Of a DNA stretch of 64,000 nt, positions 8,935 through 19,670 are shown in pieces. The notes under the pieces were generated by a model that ran no database searches, was not told the origin of the DNA, and was given only the letters and a program-made list of their open reading frames with translations. The DNA is from an uncultured Chloroflexia bacterium (GTDB lineage Bacteria > Chloroflexota > Limnocylindria > Limnocylindrales > CSP1-4). The stretch lies in assembly GCA_963748625.1 (NCBI GenBank), contig CAVVJT010000007.1:544001-608000 (forward strand). Direction: 5' to 3'. The stretch's first letter is position 1; each line of letters begins with the position of its first letter. The translations under genes were made by a program, and so were the position numbers.

Positions 8935-9971
8935 CCGGGCTCTCCGTCCCCGTCGAGGTCGGTGAACCCGCGGCCCACCAGCTCCACGAACACGTCCTCG
9001 AGCGTCGGCTCCGACTTGCGCAGTGCGAGGATCTGGGAGCCGGTCGCGCCCAGGGCCGTGACCACCCCTCCCAGCGCGGAATCGTCGTCGAGGGCAAGGC
9101 TCACCACGACACGCTGCGCCTCGGGATCGGTGTCGACGGCGGGCGCCGCGGACAGCACCCCCGGGAGGGCGGCCAGCGTCGCCGTTCCACCATCGAGCCG
9201 GTCGAGCTCGAGGCGGAAGATGGACTCGCGCTGCACGCGGCGCTTCAACTCCGCCGGCGTGCCGATCGCGAGGATCCGCCCGCGATCCACGATCGCGATC
9301 CGCTCGCACAGCTCGTCCGCCTCGGCCATGTAGTGGGTGGTGAGCAGGACCGTCCGCCCCGGCACCGCCGCCTTCCAGGCCAGCACCAGCTCCCGGATCC
9401 CGCGGGCGGCGGCCACATCGAGCCCCAGGGTCGGCTCGTCGAGGAACAGGATCCACGGGTCGTTGAGCAGGCCACGGGCCATGTTCATCTTCTGACGCTG
9501 GCCGGTGGACAGGGTGCTCACCCGCTGCAGCCGCTGGTCGCCGAGACCCACGGCCTCGACCAGCTCGTCCACCCGGCGCCAGCCCTCCTTGGACGGCAGG
9601 CCGTAGAACTGGCTGAACATCCAGAGCTGCTCGCGGACCGTGAGGATCCCGTAGCCGGACTGCTCGCCGCCCGCGACCATGTTCATGATCCGGCGGATGC
9701 GCCTGGTGTCCGTGGCGACGTCGAACCCGAAGATCGAGGCGCTGCCCGCGGTGGGCAGGAGCAGGGTCGTCAGGATCTTGATCAGCGTGGTCTTGCCGGC
9801 GCCGTTGGGACCCAGGAGCCCGAAGAACTCGCCCGGGGCGACCTCGAGGTTCACACCCGCGAGCGCGATCACCGGCGGCTTCGTGTCATAGACGCGTCGG
9901 ACCCCCCGCACCGAGATGGCGGGCGGCAGATCGCCGGGGGCGCGTTCGGACACGGTGGTCGAGGCGGACAC
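8931..9971 (-). CDS. ABC exporter ATP-binding protein
   Basis: Walker A GPNGAGKTT, LSTGQRQ signature, LFLDEPT, TTHYM. Confidence 0.95.
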   Translation of the reverse strand: MSASTTVSERAPGDLPPAISVRGVRRVYDTKPPVIALAGVNLEVAPGEFFGLLGPNGAGKTTLIKILTTLLLPTAGSASIFGFDVATDTRRIRRIMNMVAGGEQSGYGILTVREQLWMFSQFYGLPSKEGWRRVDELVEAVGLGDQRLQRVSTLSTGQRQKMNMARGLLNDPWILFLDEPTLGLDVAAARGIRELVLAWKAAVPGRTVLLTTHYMAEADELCERIAIVDRGRILAIGTPAELKRRVQRESIFRLELDRLDGGTATLAALPGVLSAAPAVDTDPEAQRVVVSLALDDDSALGGVVTALGATGSQILALRKSEPTLEDVFVELVGRGFTDLDGDGEPG

Positions 9972-10159
9972 GGGTGCTCCCGATGCTCGGACGGGGCGGC
10001 CCTGCCAGCCTACCACCGCGGCAAACCACGCCTGCTCCCCGGCGGCGGTCAGGGCAGCGGGTCCGGGCAGCGGGTCCGGGCTTCGGTCCGGGCTTCTGGC
10101 GCCCGGCCTCACTACTCACGGAAGCGTCCCGTCTCCCGTGCTGCCCCAGCCCATGCCGG

Positions 10160-10309
10160 TGCGCGCCGGGCGTGCCTACGGGAGCGTGACCCGTCATTCC
10201 TGCGCGCCCAGCGCCCATCTCCGCGCCTCCAGGGCCCGGGAGCATCGATTCCTGCCGCCAGGCGCGCAGGAACCGCAGGGCACCCGCCCGTACGCACGCT
10301 GGTCGCGCA
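10160..10309. repeat. 150-bp palindromic intergenic element (family B, copy 2)
   Basis: TIR TGCGCGCCGGGCGTGCCTACGGG / CCCGTACGCACGCTGGTCGCGCA; perfect inner 12-bp stem TTCCTGCGCGCC/GGCGCGCAGGAA. Confidence 0.75.
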
Positions 10310-10527
10310 TCCGGGCCGGAGCAGGGCCGGAGCCGCGCATCCGGGCCGGAGCCGGGAACCGGGAGCCGGTCGGGCCAGCGCAGACGTTGGGATTCTCACA
10401 TTGTTCACAAACAGGGTGGACAAACCCGCCATCCGCGGCTAATCTCACCAATGCTGTCGAGAAGACCGCATTAGTTGTGTATCAACGCGGGCCGGGCGGT
10501 CCGCCTGAGCCGAGGGCAACCGGACCC

Positions 10528-11445
10528 GTGCAGAGCCTCATCCTCCTCGCCGTCGTGGGCTTCGTCGCCCAGCTCGTCGACGGCTCGCTGGGCATGGCCT
10601 ACGGGGTCACGTCGTCCACGCTCCTGCTGACCGTGGGGGTCGCGCCCGCTGCAGCCTCGGCCGCGGTCCACTTCTCCGAGATCGGCACCACCGTCGCCTC
10701 GGGCATCTCGCACCACAAGCTGGGCAACGTGGACTGGCGGACGGTCAGGATCATCGCGATCCCCGGCGGTATCGGCGCATTCGTCGGCGCCACGCTGCTC
10801 TCGAACATCGATGGCGCGGCGGCCAAGCCATGGGTCGCCGTCCTGCTGCTCGGCCTCGGCCTCTACGTCATGTACCGGTTCCTGGTCCTTGGCGGGAAGC
10901 GGCCGACGTTCAAGGGTTCCGTCTCGGGCCTGTTCCTCATGCCGCTGGGCCTGGTCGCGGGCTTCATGGACGCGATCGGCGGTGGCGGCTGGGGCCCGGT
11001 GGGGACGACCACGCTGCTCTCGACGGGGCGGCTTGAGCCGCGCAAGGTGGTGGGGTCCATCGACGCGTCCGAGTTCATCGTGGCGCTCGGCGGCTCGGTC
11101 GGCTTCCTGCTGGCGCTCGGCAGCCAGGGCATCGAGTGGGGCTACGCGCTAGCGCTGCTCATCGGCGGCATCTTCGCCGCCCCGCTCGCCGCCTGGCTCG
11201 TCCGGCTCATGGCGCCGCGGCTTCTCGGCGTGGCCGCCGGCGGCATGATCGTGGTGACCAACCTGCGCACGATCCTGCTCTCGCTGGGCATCACGGACAC
11301 GCCGTTCACCGTGGTCATGGTCGGGGTGCTCTTCGTGTGGGTCGTGCTCGTGGTCTACACGGTGCGCGCCGAGCTCGCCCGTCGCCGTGCTGAGCGCGAG
11401 GCTGCGGCTGACGCGGATGTGCCACTCGTGGGCGCAGCCGCCTGA
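10528..11445 (+). CDS. Sulfite exporter TauE/SafE family membrane protein
   Basis: AQLVDGSLGMAYGVTS and DAIGGGGWGPVGT motifs; multiple TMs. Confidence 0.92.
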   Translation: MQSLILLAVVGFVAQLVDGSLGMAYGVTSSTLLLTVGVAPAAASAAVHFSEIGTTVASGISHHKLGNVDWRTVRIIAIPGGIGAFVGATLLSNIDGAAAKPWVAVLLLGLGLYVMYRFLVLGGKRPTFKGSVSGLFLMPLGLVAGFMDAIGGGGWGPVGTTTLLSTGRLEPRKVVGSIDASEFIVALGGSVGFLLALGSQGIEWGYALALLIGGIFAAPLAAWLVRLMAPRLLGVAAGGMIVVTNLRTILLSLGITDTPFTVVMVGVLFVWVVLVVYTVRAELARRRAEREAAADADVPLVGAAA

Positions 11446-11493
11446 CGGAGCCCACGGGTTGCCGCTCGACGCCGGCCGATGGCCGCTCGACCC

Positions 11494-11673
11494 CGGCATG
11501 CATCCCTGCACGGATCGAATCGGCCAACAATCCCCGTGGGGATGAGATCCGCCCCAGGCGTGCAGGGGTCATGCACCGAACCCCGACTTCGGGGCTGAGC
11601 CCCGCACGAACTCCTCGGATTCCATTCCTGCACGGATTGATCCGCCAGACCATCCTTGTGCGGATGGAATCCG
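11494..11673 (+). repeat. ~180-bp structured intergenic repeat (family D, copy 1)
   Basis: Core GGATCGAATCGGCCAACAATCCCCGTGG and end CGGATGGAATCC shared with 37544-37720 (reverse) and 44761-44937. Confidence 0.9.
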
Positions 11674-11724
11674 GCCCGAGCGCGCGGGATCGGCCGCGCA
11701 CCTCGGTCGCGACCTGGGCGAGGG

Positions 11725-12690
11725 TCAGGCGGTCCGCAGGCGCACCAGCTCCACCGCCAGCCAGCCCGACGTCCGGGCGTTGTTCGCGATCAGCGCGGTG
11801 TTCGCCTTCATCGAGGCGCCCTGGGTGATCTCCGCGACCCGGGCCAGCAGCCACGGCGTGACCGCCTGTCCCGTGACGCCCTGCTCGTCCGCCTCCCGAA
11901 TCGCCTGGTCGATGGCGGCGCGGGCGATGTCCAGTGGGAGGGCGTCGGCCTCGGGCACCGGGTTGCACACGACGATGCCGGATGTCAGCCCCATCGCCTG
12001 GTGCGCACGGATGACGCCGGCCATCGCCGCGAGATCCGGCACGGACCATGGCGCCGGGATCCCGGATCGGCGGCTGTAGAAGCCGGGCACCTCGTCGATG
12101 CCGACCGCGACCACCGGAACGCCACGCGTCTCGAGGTACTCGAGCGTGAGCGGCACGTCCAGGATGGCCTTCGGTCCGGAGCAGACCACCGCGACACCCG
12201 TGCGGGCGAGCTCATCCAGGTCCGCGGAGATGTCGAAGGACGGCGGGTGCGCGCCGCCGCCGGGCGTACTGCCGCCCAGCGCCCCGCGATGGACGCCGCC
12301 GATGCCACCCGTCGCGAACACCTCGATCCCCACGGTGTGGGCCGCGATCATCGTCGCGGCGACCGTCGTGGCCCCGCGACCTCCCCCGGCGATCGTCGCG
12401 CCCAGGTTCGGCCGGGAGACCTTCGTCACGGAGCCGCGCGGAGCCGTGGCCAGTGCCTCCAGCTCATCGCGCGACAGCCCAACCAGCACGCGGCCCGAGT
12501 TGATCGCCACCGTCGCGGGGACCGCCCCCGACTCCCGCACGGCGTTCTCCGACGCGGTCGCCACCTCCACGTTCTGCGGGTACGGCAGGCCGTGACTGAT
12601 GAGCGTGGACTCGAGGGCAACGACAGGGCGGCCGTCGCGCAGGGCGTCGGCAACCTCGGGGGCGATGGCAAGGCGGTCGGCGGTGATCAT
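11725..12690 (-). CDS. psuG: Pseudouridine-5'-phosphate glycosidase
   Basis: VVALESTLISHGLPYPQN, GATTVAATM, FATGGIGGVHRG, DISADL motifs. Confidence 0.95.
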   Translation of the reverse strand: MITADRLAIAPEVADALRDGRPVVALESTLISHGLPYPQNVEVATASENAVRESGAVPATVAINSGRVLVGLSRDELEALATAPRGSVTKVSRPNLGATIAGGGRGATTVAATMIAAHTVGIEVFATGGIGGVHRGALGGSTPGGGAHPPSFDISADLDELARTGVAVVCSGPKAILDVPLTLEYLETRGVPVVAVGIDEVPGFYSRRSGIPAPWSVPDLAAMAGVIRAHQAMGLTSGIVVCNPVPEADALPLDIARAAIDQAIREADEQGVTGQAVTPWLLARVAEITQGASMKANTALIANNARTSGWLAVELVRLRTA

Positions 12691-12745
12691 GCCGCCCAGC
12701 GTACCGGGATCACGCGGGGCGTCCGCAATTGATGACATGTGCCTA

Positions 12746-12780
12746 TTGACATTCGATCGACATCGATCGATAGTCGATAG
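12746..12780 (+). promoter_or_regulatory. Sigma70-type promoter with overlapping palindromic operator, upstream of DUF2975/XRE operon
   Basis: TTGACA-N17-GATAGT, ATG 6 nt later; palindrome ATCGAC-ATCGATCGAT-A-GTCGAT at 12756-12778. Confidence 0.6.
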
Positions 12781-13257
12781 ATGAACACGCTTGCGGTCAA
12801 TCTCCTGCGCGTCCTCCTGATCATCCTGCTGCTCGGCACCGTGCTGGCACAGCTGCTGGTGCCCGTGGCGGCCTCGCAGGAGGCCGTGATCTGGCCCGAA
12901 GTCGCCTACCTCGCCGTCCCATACGCGGTGGCCCTCATCCTCGTCATCGCCTGCGTCCAGGTGGCACTGCTGGCCATCTGGCGCCTGCTGTCCCTGGTCA
13001 AGAGCGGGGTCATCTTCACGCGACGCGCCCTGCGCTGGGTGGACGTCATCACGGCCTGCGCGGTGGTCGCCATGGTGCTGAGCGCGGGCGTCCTGTTCCA
13101 CCTTGGCTACGTCGTCGACGCCGGCGGACCACTCGTGGGACTCGGACTGCCTGCCTGCATCGCCGGCGGGCTGGCGTTCGTGCTCCTGATGGTGGTCATG
13201 CGGGGGCTGCTCGAGTCAGCGATCGCGGACCGCACCGAGCTCGACGAGGTCATCTGA
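12781..13257 (+). CDS. DUF2975 family membrane protein
   Basis: Four TMs, ending ..ELDEVI, coupled to HTH gene as typical for this family. Confidence 0.85.
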   Translation: MNTLAVNLLRVLLIILLLGTVLAQLLVPVAASQEAVIWPEVAYLAVPYAVALILVIACVQVALLAIWRLLSLVKSGVIFTRRALRWVDVITACAVVAMVLSAGVLFHLGYVVDAGGPLVGLGLPACIAGGLAFVLLMVVMRGLLESAIADRTELDEVI

Positions 13258-13532
13258 TGGCCATCATCGTCGAGCTCGACCTCATGCTCGCGCGGCGCAG
13301 GATGTCCGTGGGCGACTTCGCCGATGCCGTCGGCATCACGCCGGCCAACGTCGCCGTCCTCAAGAACGGGCGCGCCCGCGCCATCCGGCTGACCACCCTG
13401 GACGCCATCTGCCGGGTGCTCGACTGCCAGCCCGGTGACATCCTGCGCTGGACGCCCGACGCGGCCACCACCAGGCTCGACTCCCCGCCCGAGCCGGGTC
13501 CATCGTCCGGACTCCCGGCGATCGAGACGTAG
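13257..13532 (+). CDS. XRE/Cro HTH transcriptional regulator (YozG-like)
   Basis: VGITPANVAVLKNGRARAIRLTTLDAICRVLDCQPGDIL. Confidence 0.92.
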   Translation: MAIIVELDLMLARRRMSVGDFADAVGITPANVAVLKNGRARAIRLTTLDAICRVLDCQPGDILRWTPDAATTRLDSPPEPGPSSGLPAIET

Positions 13533-13592
13533 GCCACCCGTCGTGCGCAACGGCGCACGCAAGCGGGAGCGGTGCCGACTACGCTGCATCCC

Positions 13593-15629
13593 ATGAGCAC
13601 CCGCGCCGATCTCCGCACCCCCACGCCAGACACGCTGCGCGAGCAGGTCGTCCTCGAAGAGCACGACCTCGCGCCGGACGGATCCTTCGCCGTGGTCACG
13701 CGGCGCACAGTCGACGGCGACGACTACGTGTCGCACCTGTGGCTCGTGCCGCTCGACGGCGGCGAGACCCGCCAGCTGACGTTCGGTCGCCAGCGGGACG
13801 TGCGGCCGCGGATCTCGCCCGATGGTGCGCGCGTGGCGTTCACCCGCTCGGCCCCGAAGGAGGAGCGCAAGCACATCCGCATCCTCGACTTGCGCGGCGG
13901 GGAACCGGTCGCCCCCGCGCTGGGCGAATTGGACGCCGGCGAGATCGCCTGGGCGCCGGACGGCGCACGGCTCGCGTTCACGGCCGAGACAGGCCCGCAC
14001 CGGTTCGTCGTGGGCGAGAAGCCCAGGAAGGACGAGCCGCTCGCGCGGCGCATCACCACGCTGGACTACCGCTACGACTACGCGGGCTACCTTGACCAGC
14101 GTGCCCAGGTGCACCTGGTCGAGGCGTCCGACGGGGCGAAGCCGCGCTGCGTCAGCGACGTCACTGGGGGCGTGTCCGACATCGCGTGGCGGCCCGACGC
14201 GGCAGCGATCGCCTTCACCGCGGACCCCCGGCCGGACAGCGACCTGCGCCCGGCGACATCGGTGTGGGAGGTCGCCGTCCCCGCGCCCGATGCCCCGGCC
14301 GACGCGGCCATGGCCGATGCGCGCGAGATCCTGGCCGTCGCCGGCTGGGTTCGCACGCCGGCCTACTCGGCGGACGGGCGCCTGGTCGCAGGCGTGGGCG
14401 TGGACGACCCCGACTACTACGACGACATCTCACCGACGGTCATCGTGGCCGCGCTGGCGGCGGGGCCTGCCGGGACGGTCCTCGCGCCCGACCTTGATCG
14501 GCCCGTGGGCGACTGGTCCGATGGCGACCTCACCGGCTGGCAGACCGATGCCCGTCCCGGCCCGTTCTGGGACGGCGACGCGGTGGTCGCGTTGATCACC
14601 GATCGCGGGCGGGTCCACCCGTGGCGCTTCCCGGTGGACCCTGCGACGGGCCTGGCGGCCGGCGATCCGGTCCGGGTCGGTGCGGACCCGCTCGTCCGCG
14701 CGCACACGCTGGCGCTGGGCGGCGGCAGGATGACGGTCACCGCACAGGTGGGCGTCCGGCCGCCGGAGCTGTTCGAGGTGCTCCCAGGCGGCGCGCTGCG
14801 CCAGCTCACCACGATGGGGTCCTCGTGGATCGACGATCTCGCCTGGCCCGAGATGCGCGTGGTGGATGCCCCCGGCCCGGGCGGACCCATCGAGACCTGG
14901 ATCGCCTCCCCTGCCAGTGCCGGCGACGGACCCCTGGCGACGGTGGTGGACGTCCATGGCGGCCCGCTCGGTGCCTGGTCACCGGGCCCGTCACTGGAGG
15001 TCGTGCTGCTGTGCGCCCGCGGCTACCGGGTGGTGCTCCCGAACATCCGCGGCTCCTGCTCGTACGGCGCCGAGTGGATCGCACCGCAGCTGGGCGAGTG
15101 GGGTGGCCCCGACGCCGACGATGTCCACGCGGCGCTCGACCACGTGGTGGCGCTTGGACTGGCGGACCCCGACCGGGTGGGCGCGCTCGGCCTGTCCTAC
15201 GGCGGGTTCATGGTCAACTGGCTCGTCGGGACGACGGACCGGTTCAAGGCCGCGGTGTCGGAGAACGGCGTCACCAACCAGGTCAGCGCCTGGACCCACA
15301 GCGACACCGGCCCCGAGTACTGCCGCGCAGCCCGCATGGGCGACCCGACGACGCCCGAGGGTGTCGCGAAGCTCTGGCAGCAGTCACCGCTGCGCAACGT
15401 GGCCAACGTCCATACACCCCTGCTCATGCTCCAGTCCGAGGAGGACCGCCGCTGCCCCACGTCAGACAACGAGCAGTACTTCGCAGCGCTCCGCTGGCTG
15501 CGCCGCGAGGTGGAGTACGTCGTCTACCCGGAGGAGTTCCACGGCATCCAGGCGACCGGCCGGATCGACCGCCGGATCGACCGGATGACGCGCATGCTCG
15601 ACTGGTTCGACCGCTTCGTGAAGGCGTAG
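13593..15629 (+). CDS. S9 family (prolyl oligopeptidase/acylaminoacyl) peptidase
   Basis: N-terminal beta-propeller repeats; VHGGP, GLSYGG nucleophile, EDRRCP, EEFHG. Confidence 0.93.
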   Translation: MSTRADLRTPTPDTLREQVVLEEHDLAPDGSFAVVTRRTVDGDDYVSHLWLVPLDGGETRQLTFGRQRDVRPRISPDGARVAFTRSAPKEERKHIRILDLRGGEPVAPALGELDAGEIAWAPDGARLAFTAETGPHRFVVGEKPRKDEPLARRITTLDYRYDYAGYLDQRAQVHLVEASDGAKPRCVSDVTGGVSDIAWRPDAAAIAFTADPRPDSDLRPATSVWEVAVPAPDAPADAAMADAREILAVAGWVRTPAYSADGRLVAGVGVDDPDYYDDISPTVIVAALAAGPAGTVLAPDLDRPVGDWSDGDLTGWQTDARPGPFWDGDAVVALITDRGRVHPWRFPVDPATGLAAGDPVRVGADPLVRAHTLALGGGRMTVTAQVGVRPPELFEVLPGGALRQLTTMGSSWIDDLAWPEMRVVDAPGPGGPIETWIASPASAGDGPLATVVDVHGGPLGAWSPGPSLEVVLLCARGYRVVLPNIRGSCSYGAEWIAPQLGEWGGPDADDVHAALDHVVALGLADPDRVGALGLSYGGFMVNWLVGTTDRFKAAVSENGVTNQVSAWTHSDTGPEYCRAARMGDPTTPEGVAKLWQQSPLRNVANVHTPLLMLQSEEDRRCPTSDNEQYFAALRWLRREVEYVVYPEEFHGIQATGRIDRRIDRMTRMLDWFDRFVKA

Positions 15630-15654
15630 GCCTGGCCCCCCGGGCGGGAGTGCC

Positions 15655-15760
15655 ATGGCCGATCGCGATCCCGGCGACCCGCGCCGCATCGTCGCCGAGG
15701 GCTATGACGCCATCGTCGATGACTACGCCCTGTGGGCGGAGCCTCGAACCCGCACCGGGC
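15655..15760 (+). pseudogene. Possible N-terminal remnant of a class I SAM methyltransferase
   Basis: GGAG RBS then DPRRIVAEGYDAIVDDY, after which similarity is lost; no SAM-binding motif follows. Confidence 0.4.
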
Positions 15761-15814
15761 AGCGACGTCCCGGCACGCCACAAGCAGCCCGCGAGCGAAC
15801 GCCGGATCGGGACC

Positions 15815-16798
15815 CTAGCCCAGGACCAGCTCGCCCGGCGGGCTGGACAGGTGCCGGTGGGCGCACTTGTTGCCGCCCACGGCGCCCCGCTGGAGGGCCG
15901 CCGACGGCGCGAGCCCCTTCTTGCGAGCGTCCAGCCACGCCTCCAGGAAGCCGGCGTTGAAGGCGTCGCCGGCACCCGTGGTGTCGACGTTCTTGAGTGG
16001 GGTCGTCGCCACCTCGAACCGCAGCGCGGCCTTGCCGTCACGCAGGACGATCGTCGCCCCCTTCTTGCCGCGCTTCACCACGGCGATCGGAGCGAGGTCC
16101 AGCAGGTCCTCCTCCTGCCGCTTGGCGCCGAGGAGCGCGCGCGCCTCGTCCCGGGTTGCGAACAGCAGGTCCGGGGCTGCCTCCCGCACCATGGCCAGCG
16201 CCGCCCGCCGGCCGTGCTCGAGGAGCGGTCCCGACGAGGAGAGGTCCAGGGTGAAGAGGGCGCCCGCCTCGCGGGCCATCCGGGTCGCCACCATCCCGGC
16301 ACGCCCCAGCGGCTGGTCCAGCAGCGAGTAGGCGGGCAGGTGCAGCAGGGCCGCACCGGCGAACCACTCTGGCTTGAGGTCCTCGGGACGGAGTCGCAGG
16401 GCCGCCCCGCGCTCCGTGACGAAGGAGCGCTGGCCGCCGGGATCCACGAACACGCCGATCCGGCCGGTGCGGGCACCGGTCACGCGCACCGCGCGCACCT
16501 GGACCTTGTCCGAGGTCAGGGCGGTGACGAGCGCGCGGCCCGTCGCGTCGCGCCCGATCGAGCTGACCAGTGCGACCTTCGCCCCCAGCCTGCCCAGCCA
16601 GCGGGCCGTGTTCGCCGCGGATCCGCCCTGGCGCAGCAGCACCCGGCCGGTCACGTCCGTCCCGCGGGCGATGTCGCGATCCGGCGCGAGGACCACGTCC
16701 ATCACCAGGTCACCCAGCACCACGATCGACGGCCGGTTCGGATCAGGGCGACGTGCAGGGCGGGACAGGCGGCGTGGAGCAGGGATCGAGGGCGACAT
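15815..16798 (-). CDS. PfkB/ribokinase family kinase (candidate pseudouridine kinase)
   Basis: GGSAANTA and [13 protein letters not shown] motifs; psuG nearby. Confidence 0.9.
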   Translation of the reverse strand: MSPSIPAPRRLSRPARRPDPNRPSIVVLGDLVMDVVLAPDRDIARGTDVTGRVLLRQGGSAANTARWLGRLGAKVALVSSIGRDATGRALVTALTSDKVQVRAVRVTGARTGRIGVFVDPGGQRSFVTERGAALRLRPEDLKPEWFAGAALLHLPAYSLLDQPLGRAGMVATRMAREAGALFTLDLSSSGPLLEHGRRAALAMVREAAPDLLFATRDEARALLGAKRQEEDLLDLAPIAVVKRGKKGATIVLRDGKAALRFEVATTPLKNVDTTGAGDAFNAGFLEAWLDARKKGLAPSAALQRGAVGGNKCAHRHLSSPPGELVLG

Positions 16799-16968
16799 CA
16801 GCCGAGGATACGCAACGCGACGGCCCTCCGGTACTCCGCCGCGGCAGCGGGCAGCCGTCGCCCACGCGGTACGATGGCCCTCCGCGCGCGACCGCGCCGC
16901 CCTCGGGTCCCGGACGTGCGCCGCCAGCCCCTCGACCCCTGCACGGCGTCCCGCACCCGGAGACCTCG

Positions 16969-19044
16969 ATGACCGCGACTTCCGCCCAGCTCGACCGGCT
17001 CGCCGTCGACACGATCCGCACCCTCGCCATCGACGGCGTCCAGCAGGCGAACTCGGGGCACCCGGGCGCACCCATGGGCATGGCACCGATGGCCTACGCG
17101 CTCTGGACGCGCCACCTGCGCCATGCGCCGACCAACCCGGCCTGGCCCAATCGTGACCGCTTCGTGCTGTCTGCGGGCCACGCGTCGATGCTGCTGTACT
17201 CCCTGCTGCACCTCACGGGTTACGACGTCACGATCGATGATCTGCGGAGCTTCCGTCAGTGGGGTTCGCGGACCCCGGGCCATCCCGAGTACGGCTGGAC
17301 CGCGGGGGTCGAAGCCACCACCGGCCCGCTGGGCCAGGGCTTCGTCAACGCCATCGGCATGGCGATCGCCGAGCGCAGGCTCGCGGCCGAGTTCAACAAG
17401 CCCGGCCACGACGTCATCGACCACCGGACGTACGTGATCTGCTCGGATGGCGACCTCCAGGAGGGCATCACGGCCGAGGCCTCGTCGCTGGCCGGCCATC
17501 TGCGCCTTGGCAAGCTGGTCGCCCTCTATGACAGCAACGGGATCCAGCTCGACGGGCCGACGGCCTGGACCTTCACCGAGGACGTGCTCGCCCGCTTCGC
17601 CGCGTACGGCTGGCACACCCAGCTCGTCGAGGACGGTAACGACGTCGAGGCGATCGATGCCGCAATCACCGCCGCCGAGGCCGACCCGCGGCCGTCGCTG
17701 ATCGCCGTGCGCACGCACATCGGGTTCGGCTCGCCCAACAAGCAGGATTCGCAGAAGAGCCACGGCGCCCCGCTGGGTCCCGACGAGGTCCGCCTCACGA
17801 AGGAGGCCTACGGCTGGGACCCGGACAAGACGTTCTTCGTCCCCGACGAGGCGCTCGCGGTGTTCCGCCGCTCCGTGACGGACGGCGAGGACGCCTCCGC
17901 AGCCTGGGACGCGGCGCTTGGCGCCTACGCCGCCGCCTTCCCCGCCGAGGGCGCCGAACTGCGCCGCCGGATCGCCGGTGACCTGCCGGCCGGCTGGGAC
18001 GCCGCGCTCAACAGCTACGCAACGGGCTCCGAGGTCGCCACCCGGAACGCCTCGCAGGACCTGATCCAGACGCTGGGCGCCGCGCTGCCGGAGCTCTTCG
18101 GCGGGTCTGCGGACCTGTCCGAGTCCAACCTGACCGACATCAAGGCACTCGGCCACGACCACTTCTCCCCCGACCATGCCGGGCGCAACCTCCGCTTCGG
18201 CGTCCGCGAGCACGCCATGGGCGGCATCGCCAACGGCATCGCCTACCACGGCGGGTTCATCCCCTACAGCGCGACGTTCATGACCTTCAGCGACTACATG
18301 CGCGGGTCGGTCCGGATTGCGGCGCTCTCGGGCCTGCACGAGGTGTACGTCTGGACCCATGATTCGATCGGCGTGGGCGAGGACGGCCCCACCCACCAGC
18401 CCGTGGAGCACTACGCGGCGCTCCGGGCGATCCCGAACCTGTGGTTCCTCCGGCCCGGCGACGCCAACGAGGCGGCCGCGGCGTGGGCACTCGCCGTGGA
18501 GCGGCCGCACGTGGCCGGGGCCACCAACGGTCCGGTCGCGCTGTCGCTGACGCGCCAGAAGCTGCCGACCCTGCCGGGGACGGCGGAGATGGCGCGCGAT
18601 GGCGTGCGGCGCGGCGGGTACGTCCTGCGCGAGGCCGCGGGCGGGACGCCGGAGCTGATCCTGGTCGCCACCGGGTCGGAGCTCTCCCTGGCCTACGCGG
18701 CCGCCGGCACGCTCGAGGCCGAAGGCATCCCCACGCGCGTCGTGTCGCTCCCGTCCTGGGAGCGGTTCGAGGCCCAGGATGCCGCCTACCGCGAGTCCGT
18801 CCTGCCGCCGTCCGTGCGCAAGCGCGTCACCGTGGAGGCAGGCGTGTCGCTGGGCTGGGAGCGGTACGCGGGCGACGAGGGCGCGATCATCGGCATAGAC
18901 CGGTACGGCGCCAGCGCCCCGGCCCCGCAGATCTTCGAGGCCTTCGGGGTGACGACCGCCAACGTCGTGGAGGTGGGCCGCAAGGTCGTCCGCGAGGGGC
19001 TCCGCGGCCGGGTCGGCGCGACCCGCTCCGAGCACGGGCGCTGA
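16969..19044 (+). CDS. tkt: Transketolase
   Basis: [44 protein letters not shown]. Confidence 0.98.
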   Translation: MTATSAQLDRLAVDTIRTLAIDGVQQANSGHPGAPMGMAPMAYALWTRHLRHAPTNPAWPNRDRFVLSAGHASMLLYSLLHLTGYDVTIDDLRSFRQWGSRTPGHPEYGWTAGVEATTGPLGQGFVNAIGMAIAERRLAAEFNKPGHDVIDHRTYVICSDGDLQEGITAEASSLAGHLRLGKLVALYDSNGIQLDGPTAWTFTEDVLARFAAYGWHTQLVEDGNDVEAIDAAITAAEADPRPSLIAVRTHIGFGSPNKQDSQKSHGAPLGPDEVRLTKEAYGWDPDKTFFVPDEALAVFRRSVTDGEDASAAWDAALGAYAAAFPAEGAELRRRIAGDLPAGWDAALNSYATGSEVATRNASQDLIQTLGAALPELFGGSADLSESNLTDIKALGHDHFSPDHAGRNLRFGVREHAMGGIANGIAYHGGFIPYSATFMTFSDYMRGSVRIAALSGLHEVYVWTHDSIGVGEDGPTHQPVEHYAALRAIPNLWFLRPGDANEAAAAWALAVERPHVAGATNGPVALSLTRQKLPTLPGTAEMARDGVRRGGYVLREAAGGTPELILVATGSELSLAYAAAGTLEAEGIPTRVVSLPSWERFEAQDAAYRESVLPPSVRKRVTVEAGVSLGWERYAGDEGAIIGIDRYGASAPAPQIFEAFGVTTANVVEVGRKVVREGLRGRVGATRSEHGR

Positions 19045-19055
19045 GGGCGGCCACG

Positions 19056-19535
19056 ATGCGGATCGTGTTCGCGGCGGATCACGCGGGTGCCGCCTTCAAG
19101 GATGACCTCATGGCGAAGCTGGCCGCACTGGTGGGCGGTGAGCACGAGCTGATCGACCTGGGCGGCGACGGCGCCGACGTCAACGACGACTACCCGGACT
19201 TCGCCCATCGCCTGGGGCTCGCGATCCAGGCGGGTGACGCTGAGCGGGGGATCCTGGTCTGCGGGTCCGGCGTGGGGGCGTCCATCGCCGCGAACAAGAT
19301 GCGCGGCATCCGGGCCGGGCTGTGCCACGACACCTACAGCGCCCACCAGGGCGTGGAGCACGACGCCATGAACGTGCTCACGCTGGGTGGGCGGGTGATC
19401 GGGATCGAGCCGGCGGTGGAGTGCTCAATGGCGTTCCTGGCCGCCAGGTTCTCCGGTGAGGCGCGCCACCAGCGGCGCCTGGACAAGGTGCTCGCGATCG
19501 AGGCGGCGTCGATGCGCGGGGCCGGCGGGGGCTGA
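19056..19535 (+). CDS. rpiB: Ribose-5-phosphate isomerase B
   Basis: [31 protein letters not shown]. Confidence 0.96.
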   Translation: MRIVFAADHAGAAFKDDLMAKLAALVGGEHELIDLGGDGADVNDDYPDFAHRLGLAIQAGDAERGILVCGSGVGASIAANKMRGIRAGLCHDTYSAHQGVEHDAMNVLTLGGRVIGIEPAVECSMAFLAARFSGEARHQRRLDKVLAIEAASMRGAGGG

Positions 19536-19670
19536 TCCGCGGGATCTTGCGCACGCCAGGTTGCAGAAGGGCCTCCCCGGGAAGGCCGAAGCCCACCGGG
19601 AAGGCCCGCCCTCGGCCCGGCGCGGGTCCGGGCGTGGGCTGGGAACAGGCTTGCCGGCGTGGCTGCCGGT

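Noticed and set aside
19552-19661. Possible further ~110-bp palindromic element after rpiB
   Set aside because: Only a short CACGCC/GGCGTG match, with no family motifs recognised.
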